Of a stretch of DNA of 47,723 bases, positions 19,359 to 25,467 are shown piece by piece; position 1 is the stretch's first letter; each line of letters opens with the position of its first letter. The notes below the pieces were generated by a model. The model did not search any database and had not been told where the DNA came from. It was given only the letters and a program-made list of their open reading frames with translations. The stretch lies in contig CAYRPB010000001.1 in NCBI GenBank assembly GCA_964426105.1, positions 1 through 47,723 on the forward strand, read 5' to 3'. The DNA is from an uncultured Clostridia bacterium (lineage in GTDB: Bacteria > Bacillota > Clostridia > Christensenellales > Borkfalkiaceae). Position numbers and translations under genes: made by a program.

Positions 19359-21023
19359 TTGAATAAAACGTTATTACATAAATTAAAAGAAGCATTGCTT
19401 GCTGTTTTACCGATTACGATCATCATCTTGATTTTGAATTTTTCGGTTGCTCCGATGGATCGTTATCAGTTGTATAGTTTTTTGATCGGAGCGGTGTTTT
19501 TAATCCTCGGAATGGGGTTGTATTCCTTGGGGTGTGATACGTCCGTTGAACCGATTGGCGGACATATCGGTGCGAAAATAACCGAATCTAAAAAGATTTG
19601 GTTGATTTTGGCTGTTTGTTTTGTTCTCGGGGTTATCGTGACGATTGCCGAACCCGATCTTACCGTCCTTGCAACGCAAGTCGCCGGCATGATCGATAAA
19701 TGGGAATTGATTTTGACAGTGGCATTCGGCGTTGGTTTTTTTATGGTAATCTACGTATTGAGGACGGTATTAAAAATCAATCTGAATTTCGTTTTGATTT
19801 TTTTCTACGGCGTTTTGTTTTTATTGGCGGCATTTGTCGATGCGGGGTTTGTTCCGCTTGCCTTTGATTCGGGCGGTGTTACGACCGGCCCGATTACCGT
19901 GCCCTTTATTATGGCGCTCGGAGTGGGGATTTCGTCTGTTTTGGGCGGAAAAAACAGCCAAGATAACAGTTTCGGTATGATCGGCGTATGTTCGATCGGA
20001 CCGATTATTGCCGTTTTGATTTTGGGCTTGATTCATGACGTATCTTCGTTTGATTATGCTCTTTCCGTTCCGGAAACGTTTGGCAGTTTCGGAGAGGTTA
20101 TGGCGTTTTACATGAAAAGTTTGCCACATTATTTGGGAGAAGTAGCGATCGCGCTTTCTCCGATTGTTGGTTTTTTTGTGATTTTTCAGATTTTTGTTTT
20201 GAAATTGCCGTTAAAGCAATTGTTGAAAATCATTGTCGGAATTCTTTATACATATATCGGATTGTCGATTTTTTTGACGGGCGTTAACGTAGGTTTTATG
20301 TCGGCAGGGCAATATATCGGCGCGGAATTGGCTAAGGCAAATCGTTGGTTGATTATTCCGATTGGAATGATCGTCGGTGCGTGTATTGTTTTTGCAGAGC
20401 CTGCGGTTCACGTCTTGAACAAGCAGGTGGAAGAAATAACGGGTGGAACGATCACCCGATCTACCATGTTGATGGTGCTTGCAGCCTCTATGGCTTGCGC
20501 GTTGGGGCTTTCCATGTTGCGAGTCGTTACGGGAATCAGTATATGGTATATTATATTGCCCGGATATGCGATTGCTTTGACTATTTCTTTCTTTGTACCG
20601 AAGATATTTACGGCGATTGCGTTCGATTCCGGCGGAGTCGCTTCAGGACCGATGACGGCAACGTTCTTATTGCCGTTTGCGATCGGTGCTTGTTCGGAGA
20701 TAAGCGGAACGTCCGCTATCATGACGGATGCGTTCGGACTTGTTGCGTTGGTGGCGATGACGCCGTTGTTGACGGTACAAATTCTCGGGCTTGTTTATAA
20801 GTTGCATACCGCAAAAGCAACGAAAGTCGCTGCAAAACAATTCAAGGAACTTCTTGCGGAAGAGGGAAATGTTATTGAATTAGCGGAATATAATCCTGAA
20901 GAAAGTGTTAATATCGAAAAAAGAGGACGGCTAAAAACGAAAATCAAACGAGCGGAAGAGCGTGTAAAGCGAATCGTGAAGCAGAGAAAAGAAAAAAACG
21001 ATAAGGAGAAATCCGATGAATGA
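19359..21023 (+). CDS. DUF1538-type polytopic membrane protein (two fused DUF1538-like halves) with a K/E-rich tail
   Basis: 554 aa, TTG start 5 nt after AAGGAGA. Two homologous halves each carry AEP(D/A)..VL..QV and AFDSGGV(T/A)(T/S)GP(I/M)T motifs. C-terminal tail KRGRLKTKIKRAEERVKRIVKQRKEKNDKEKSDE. The family call is from memory of DUF1538 annotations. Confidence 0.72.
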   Translation: MNKTLLHKLKEALLAVLPITIIILILNFSVAPMDRYQLYSFLIGAVFLILGMGLYSLGCDTSVEPIGGHIGAKITESKKIWLILAVCFVLGVIVTIAEPDLTVLATQVAGMIDKWELILTVAFGVGFFMVIYVLRTVLKINLNFVLIFFYGVLFLLAAFVDAGFVPLAFDSGGVTTGPITVPFIMALGVGISSVLGGKNSQDNSFGMIGVCSIGPIIAVLILGLIHDVSSFDYALSVPETFGSFGEVMAFYMKSLPHYLGEVAIALSPIVGFFVIFQIFVLKLPLKQLLKIIVGILYTYIGLSIFLTGVNVGFMSAGQYIGAELAKANRWLIIPIGMIVGACIVFAEPAVHVLNKQVEEITGGTITRSTMLMVLAASMACALGLSMLRVVTGISIWYIILPGYAIALTISFFVPKIFTAIAFDSGGVASGPMTATFLLPFAIGACSEISGTSAIMTDAFGLVALVAMTPLLTVQILGLVYKLHTAKATKVAAKQFKELLAEEGNVIELAEYNPEESVNIEKRGRLKTKIKRAEERVKRIVKQRKEKNDKEKSDE

Positions 21024-21348
21024 GAAATTAAAGGTTATGATGATTATTGCGGAACGTGAGTTTTCTAAGAAAATCATTGAAAAAATCAAAGACGTCGGAG
21101 CGAATTATATTCACGCCGTGTATGCAAGAGGAACTGCTCGTACCGATTTGCTTGAAGTTTTAGGAATCGGAGAATCGGAAAAGATTTTGATTTTAGCAAC
21201 GGTTAAAGAGAGTAGAATTGAAGAGATTTATCAATATTTGCGGAATGATTTTAAATTTGAAAAAGCAGGGAAAGGGATTGCGTTTACGATTCCCGTCGTG
21301 AGCGTAGGCGGTCCCGCCACTTTACAGATTTTATCAGGAAGAGTTTAA
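21016..21348 (+). CDS. PII-like (GlnB superfamily) protein, copy 1
   Basis: 110 aa. PII-like beta-alpha-beta layout (KVMMIIAEREFSKKIIEKIKDVGANYIHAVYARGTA ... KILILATV ... AGKGIAFTIPVVSV). Its ATG overlaps the DUF1538 stop by 8 nt. Confidence 0.68.
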   Translation: MNEKLKVMMIIAEREFSKKIIEKIKDVGANYIHAVYARGTARTDLLEVLGIGESEKILILATVKESRIEEIYQYLRNDFKFEKAGKGIAFTIPVVSVGGPATLQILSGRV

Positions 21349-21357
21349 GGAGGAATT

Positions 21358-21687
21358 ATGGAATACGAATTGATTATAACAATCGTTAATCGCGGGTTTA
21401 ATGAAATTGTAATGGATGCGGCGCGTGCGGTCGGGGCGCGCGGCGGCACGATTATCAATGCGCGCGGAGCAGGCGCTCACGAAGCGGAAAAACTGTTCGG
21501 TATTTCCGTTCAGCCGGAAAAAGAGTTGGTTTTGATTCTTGCCGAAAAAGAGGGAAAGTCTGAAATTATGTCGGCGATTATTAAGGCTGCCGGCTTGAAT
21601 ACCGTCGGACAAGGGTTATGTTTCTCCGTGGCGGTAGAGGATGTTTTGGGTGTTGCGCTTCTAAACGCTCCGAAACAAGAGGAGTAA
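21358..21687 (+). CDS. PII-like (GlnB superfamily) protein, copy 2
   Basis: 109 aa. ELIITIVNRGFNEIVMDAARAVGARGGTIINARGAG ... ELVLILAEK ... VGQGLCFSVAVEDV parallels canonical PII (IEAIIRP.K...V..AL...G..G.T...V.G.G ... GDGKIFV..VE). GGAGG RBS. Confidence 0.74.
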   Translation: MEYELIITIVNRGFNEIVMDAARAVGARGGTIINARGAGAHEAEKLFGISVQPEKELVLILAEKEGKSEIMSAIIKAAGLNTVGQGLCFSVAVEDVLGVALLNAPKQEE

Positions 21688-21725
21688 AACGCAACTCAAA
21701 ATTAGAGTGCGTTGTGTGTTTTTAT
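21688..21725 (+). terminator. Rho-independent terminator after the PII-like genes
   Basis: AACGCA(A)CTC / GAGTGCGTT stem (9 bp with 1 bulge), 7-nt loop, then GTGTGTTTTT. Confidence 0.55.
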
Positions 21726-21727
21726 GG

Positions 21728-21763
21728 AAAAGAGGCTGTGCTTTTACGAGCATAGCCTCTTTT
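21728..21763. terminator. Bidirectional hairpin terminator between the convergent PII operon and glnN
   Basis: AAAAGAGGCTGTGC / GCATAGCCTCTTTT: a 14-bp stem (one G-U), 8-nt loop, flanked by an A-run and a T-run, so it can work on either strand. Lies 27 nt beyond the glnN stop. Confidence 0.7.
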
Positions 21764-21789
21764 GCGCCTTATAAAAAGAGTTTATAAAA

Positions 21790-23865
21790 TTAGAGATAAT
21801 AAAGCAAATCGCCGTAGTCGGGGAAAGGCCAATATTTCTTAGCGGTCAACAATTCCGCTTCGTCTACGCATTTTCTGAGTTTTTCCATAGCGGGCAGAAT
21901 TGAATCCTTATAATTCTTCGCACAATCAAATCCGCTGAGTTTTTCTGCTTTTGCAATTGCTTTTTCAAGCGATTCCGTCTTGGTTGTGATTTCGGAATAC
22001 AATGCGACTAGTTTGGTGAGCGTTTCGGTATTCGATTTTATTTCCAGCTGTTTTAACTTATAGGCTGTTTCCGATAATTCGCCTAAATAGTCGTTAATCG
22101 CAGGAAGAATCGATTTCTTTACCATATCGATTGCGGTTAAAGCCTCGATATGAATAATTTTGGAGTAGTTTTCCAAGAAGATTTCTTTACGGGATTGTAA
22201 TTCCGTTTCGGTAAAGATTCCGTGCTTTCCGAAGACTTCGACGTTTTTCTTATCTGTTAAATGAGGAAGTGCGTCGACAGTGGTTTTTAGATTCATTAAG
22301 CCGCGCTTTTCTGCTTCAACACTCCATTCTTCCGAATAGTTATTACCGTTAAAAATAATTCTTTTATGTTTTTTGAAAGTTTCCTTTATGATATCTTTAA
22401 CGCAGGAAGAAAGGTCGCCTGCGTGTTCCAAGCGTTCTGCGAACAGACTTAATTCTTCTGCGATAATCGTGTTGAGAACGGTATTGATATCCGCAATTGA
22501 TTGAGAAGAACCTGGCATGCGGAACTCGAATTTGTTTCCGGTAAAGGCAAACGGAGAGGTGCGATTGCGATCCGTACTGTCTTGCGGCAAACGAGGGAGT
22601 ACGTGAACGCCGATTTCTACGACGCATTTTGCGCGTTTGGAATAATTTCGATCTTCTTCGATTGCGTTGAGAATACCGGTGAGTTCATCACCGAGGAACA
22701 TAGAAACGATTGCCGGGGGGGCTTCGTTTGCGCCCAATCTGTGGTCGTTTCCGGGGCTTGCGACCGTAATGCGCAGCAAATCTTGATATTCGTCAACCGC
22801 TTTGATGACGGCTGAGAGAAAAAGAAGGAATTGTGCGTTGTCGTACGGCGTTTCGCCCGGTTCGAGTAAGTTAATACCGGTATCCGTCGAAAGAGACCAA
22901 TTGTTGTGTTTTCCGCTTCCGTTAACGCGTTCAAACGGTTTTTCGTGCAAAAGGCATTTTAATCCGTGCTTGCTTGCTATGTTTTTCATCAACTCCATTG
23001 TTAGTTGATTGTGATCGGTCGCGATATTCGTGCTGGAAAAGATGGGTGCGAGTTCGTGCTGACTGGGGGCGGCTTCGTTGTGTTTTGTTTTTGCAAGAAC
23101 GCCGAGTTTCCATAATTCTTCGTCAAGTTCTTTCATGTACGCAACAACTCTGGGTTTGATTGCACCGAAATAGTGGTCTTCCAATTCTTGTCCTTTCGGC
23201 GCGCGAGAACCGAATAACGTTCTGCCTGTAAAGACTAAATCGGGGCGTTTTGCGTAATCCGCCAAATCGACTAAAAAATATTCTTGCTCTGCACCGACGG
23301 TAGAAATAACTTTCCGAACGTCCGTTTTGCCGAATAATTTCAAAATGCGCAACGCTTCCGCGCTGATTGCTTCCATACTGCGAAGCAAAGGGGTTTTCTT
23401 GTCCAATGCCTCTCCGTTGTAACTGCAAAAAGCCGTCGGAATACAAAGAATATCGTCTTTGATAAAAGCATAAGAAGTGGGATCCCACGCAGTGTATCCG
23501 CGTGCCTCAAACGTCGAGCGGAGTCCGCCGGACGGGAAACTGGACGCGTCAGGTTCCCCCTTGATTAATTCCTTTCCGCTAAATTCCATGATTACGCCGC
23601 CGTCGGATGTGGGGGAGATAAACGAATCGTGTTTTTCAGCCGTAATGCCGGTCATGGGTTGAAACCAATGCGTAAAGTGTGTGACGCCGTGCTCGATCGC
23701 CCAATCTTTCATGGCGTTTGCGACGGCATTCGCGACTTCGATGTCCAATGCTTTGTTTTCTGCGATGCATTTTTTCAGCAAATTGTAAATGTCTTTCGGT
23801 AAGCGTTGCTTCATAATGCGATCGTTAAATACAAGACTGCCGAACAAGGTGGGAAGTTCCTTCAT
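21790..23865 (-). CDS. glnN: Glutamine synthetase, type III
   Basis: 691 aa, the length typical of GSIII. N-terminus [25 protein letters not shown]...[11 protein letters not shown] is characteristic of GlnN. AGGAGA RBS. Confidence 0.9.
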   Translation of the reverse strand: MKELPTLFGSLVFNDRIMKQRLPKDIYNLLKKCIAENKALDIEVANAVANAMKDWAIEHGVTHFTHWFQPMTGITAEKHDSFISPTSDGGVIMEFSGKELIKGEPDASSFPSGGLRSTFEARGYTAWDPTSYAFIKDDILCIPTAFCSYNGEALDKKTPLLRSMEAISAEALRILKLFGKTDVRKVISTVGAEQEYFLVDLADYAKRPDLVFTGRTLFGSRAPKGQELEDHYFGAIKPRVVAYMKELDEELWKLGVLAKTKHNEAAPSQHELAPIFSSTNIATDHNQLTMELMKNIASKHGLKCLLHEKPFERVNGSGKHNNWSLSTDTGINLLEPGETPYDNAQFLLFLSAVIKAVDEYQDLLRITVASPGNDHRLGANEAPPAIVSMFLGDELTGILNAIEEDRNYSKRAKCVVEIGVHVLPRLPQDSTDRNRTSPFAFTGNKFEFRMPGSSQSIADINTVLNTIIAEELSLFAERLEHAGDLSSCVKDIIKETFKKHKRIIFNGNNYSEEWSVEAEKRGLMNLKTTVDALPHLTDKKNVEVFGKHGIFTETELQSRKEIFLENYSKIIHIEALTAIDMVKKSILPAINDYLGELSETAYKLKQLEIKSNTETLTKLVALYSEITTKTESLEKAIAKAEKLSGFDCAKNYKDSILPAMEKLRKCVDEAELLTAKKYWPFPDYGDLLYYL

Positions 23866-23892
23866 TTTTTTCTCCTGTTGATAGTATTTGAA

Positions 23893-23920
23893 CGAAAAAA
23901 TTCTCTTCGAAATTTTTTCG
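23893..23920 (-). promoter_or_regulatory. Perfect 10-bp A/T-rich inverted repeat in the glnN leader (CGAAAAAATT-N8-AATTTTTTCG)
   Basis: Arms at 23893-23902 and 23911-23920 are exact reverse complements. Lies about 20 nt upstream of the glnN RBS. It could be an RNA hairpin or a DNA operator. Confidence 0.3.
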
Positions 23921-23966
23921 CGATAAGTGTGCTTTTGTTAAGATAAATAAAACTTTAGTATGCGAT

Positions 23967-24003
23967 AAAAAAGAAAAAAGCGTTACGGAAAAAACCGCAG
24001 CGC
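23967..24003 (-). terminator. Leader terminator/attenuator upstream of glnN
   Basis: Minus-strand RNA GCGCUGCGG-UUUUUU-CCGUAACGC (9 positions: 7 Watson-Crick pairs, 1 G-U, 1 mismatch) followed by UUUUUUCUUUUUU. Lies between the predicted promoter and the glnN start, about 100 nt upstream of the ATG. Confidence 0.55.
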
Positions 24004-24011
24004 CTTTGCTG
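23998..24011 (-). promoter_or_regulatory. 4-bp hairpin with hexaloop AAAGGC overlapping the terminator 5' arm (candidate anti-terminator / ANTAR-type element)
   Basis: Minus-strand CAGC-AAAGGC-GCUG. The loop has A at position 1 and G at position 4. Its loop end and 3' arm (24003-23998) are part of the terminator's 5' arm, so the two structures are mutually exclusive. Confidence 0.35.
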
Positions 24012-24022
24012 TCTTTTATAAA

Positions 24023-24051
24023 ATTATAACAAACGATGTTTTTTTTGTCAA
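24023..24051 (-). promoter_or_regulatory. Consensus sigma-A promoter for glnN (TTGACA-17 nt-TATAAT with TGn extension)
   Basis: On the minus strand: TTGACA at 24051-24046, a 17-nt spacer ending TGT, TATAAT at 24028-24023. Confidence 0.7.
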
Positions 24052-24094
24052 ATCATTTTTAATGGATTTTTAAGAGAAAATTTTTATTATTTTA

Positions 24095-24123
24095 TTGACA
24101 ACGAAATAAAAATGTGATAGGAT
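24095..24123 (+). promoter_or_regulatory. Sigma-A promoter for the GS-like gene (TTGACA-17 nt-TAGGAT with TGn extension)
   Basis: TTGACA at 24095-24100, a 17-nt spacer, TG at 24115-24116, TAGGAT at 24118-24123. Back-to-back with the glnN promoter (43 bp between the -35 boxes). Confidence 0.55.
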
Positions 24124-24135
24124 TAAAAAATAAAA

Positions 24136-24201
24136 GGACAAGGGGGTTCTTCTCAAAAGACACAGTCGTTTGGGAGAACTCTCTTTCCCGTTTTATCGGG
24201 A
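24136..24201 (+). promoter_or_regulatory. Structured 5' leader of the GS-like gene (hexaloop hairpin, long hairpin, RBS-proximal hairpin)
   Basis: GGAC-AAGGGG-GUUC (24136-24149). A 14-bp imperfect hairpin at 24146-24179 with loop ACA shares its 5' arm with the small hairpin. UCCCG-UUUUAU-CGGGA (24186-24201) ends 1 nt before GGAGG (24203-24207). Confidence 0.4.
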
Positions 24202-24214
24202 CGGAGGTATAAAA

Positions 24215-25462
24215 ATGAAGTATTCGATTTCCGACGTTGTGGAATTTATTCAAGAAAACGATGTGAAGTTTATTCGACTTGTGTTTTGCGATTTGTTCGG
24301 CAGAATCAAAAATATTACCGTAATGTCGGATTGTATTGAGGAAGTTTGCAAAAAGGGTAAAGTGTTTACGCCGACCGGGATTGACGGGTTCGGGACGGAA
24401 GATCTTTTATTGTTTCCCGATCTCGATACAATGAATGTTTTGCCGTGGCGGCCGCAACAAGGGCGAGTAATTCGATTTATCTGTTCGGTTAAAAGGAAAG
24501 ACGGACAATGCTTTGACGGAGACGGAAGAGAGGCATTAAAGCGCGTATTAAACGAAGCCGCCGCGGAAGGATACCGATTAAAAGTCGGGACGGAATCCGA
24601 GTTTTATTTGTTCTGTACGGATGAAAAAGGCGATCCTACTTATCGTCCTCACGATAACGGGGGGTATTTGGATATGGCTCCGCTCGATAAAGGGGAGAAT
24701 ATTCGCCGCGAAATTTGTTACAATTTAGAGGCGATGGGGATTCGCCCTACGGCATCTCATCATGAACGAGGAAGGGGACAACATGAGATTGTCTTTGAAG
24801 AAAGCGATGCGTTAGAATCGTGTGATAATTTCATTTTTTTCAAATCTGCGGTAAAGGTTATAGCGGGGCTAAACGGACTGTACGCTTCTTTTATGCCGAA
24901 ACCGTTATTAAACGAAGAGGGAAACGGAATGAATATTACCATCGATCTATGGAAAGACGGAGAAAATCTTTTCGGGAAATCCATAGCGCATAAGACGACT
25001 TTGTTTGATGCGTTTTCGGTAGGCGTATTGTCTGAATTAAAAGGAATTACGGCGTTTCTCAATACTACCGTTAACTCGTACGAGCGTTTAGGGCAGTTTG
25101 ACGCTCCCGAAAGAATCGGTATGTCGGAAGCCCTATCTGATTGTGCTACGCGGATTGTGCAGGGCGTTGGGGGGGTAAAATTAGAGGTCCGTTCGCCCGA
25201 CGCTCTTTTGAATCCTTACTTTGCGCTTGCATTGTTGATTCGTGCAGGGTTAAACGGAATAAAGGAAAAAAAAGAACAATCTTCTTTGAATGAAAAATTA
25301 CCGATTACATTATCGGAAGCGTTAGATGCGGCTCGTGTCAGCAAAGTGGTAAAGGCAGTTGTCCCTTGCGCGGAGACATATTTTTCGCTTCAAGAGGGCG
25401 TGATTGTCGATGCGGTAAGAAATGTCGGATCGTATAGAGAAAAACTTTTTTATTTGGTTTAA
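24215..25462 (+). CDS. Glutamine synthetase type-I-like protein (divergent)
   Basis: I chose the ATG at 24215 (MKYSISDVVEFIQEN..., GGAGG 7 nt upstream) over the TTG at 24170; this gives 415 aa. GS motifs present: GTESEFYLF, SHHERGRGQHEIVF, NSYERL, EVRSPD..NPY. Several canonical motifs are altered (see findings). Confidence 0.78.
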   Translation: MKYSISDVVEFIQENDVKFIRLVFCDLFGRIKNITVMSDCIEEVCKKGKVFTPTGIDGFGTEDLLLFPDLDTMNVLPWRPQQGRVIRFICSVKRKDGQCFDGDGREALKRVLNEAAAEGYRLKVGTESEFYLFCTDEKGDPTYRPHDNGGYLDMAPLDKGENIRREICYNLEAMGIRPTASHHERGRGQHEIVFEESDALESCDNFIFFKSAVKVIAGLNGLYASFMPKPLLNEEGNGMNITIDLWKDGENLFGKSIAHKTTLFDAFSVGVLSELKGITAFLNTTVNSYERLGQFDAPERIGMSEALSDCATRIVQGVGGVKLEVRSPDALLNPYFALALLIRAGLNGIKEKKEQSSLNEKLPITLSEALDAARVSKVVKAVVPCAETYFSLQEGVIVDAVRNVGSYREKLFYLV

Positions 25463-25467
25463 TCGGT

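Noticed and set aside
20345-20800. A 151-aa same-strand alternative-frame ORF inside the DUF1538 gene. Other short out-of-frame ORFs are listed within smc, glnN, sbcC and pepF.
   Set aside because: The sequences are Cys/Arg/Gly-rich nonsense with no RBS, and they are fully embedded in a coding frame that shows clear family motifs.
23936-23952. A near-match to a GlnR/TnrA box (TGTNA-N7-TNACA): TGTTAAGATAAATAAAA in the glnN leader.
   Set aside because: The second half-site is TAAAA, so the conserved C is missing. The site lies downstream of the predicted promoter and terminator. No GlnR/TnrA-type (MerR family) gene is in the window. In such AT-rich sequence a 9/10 match is expected by chance.
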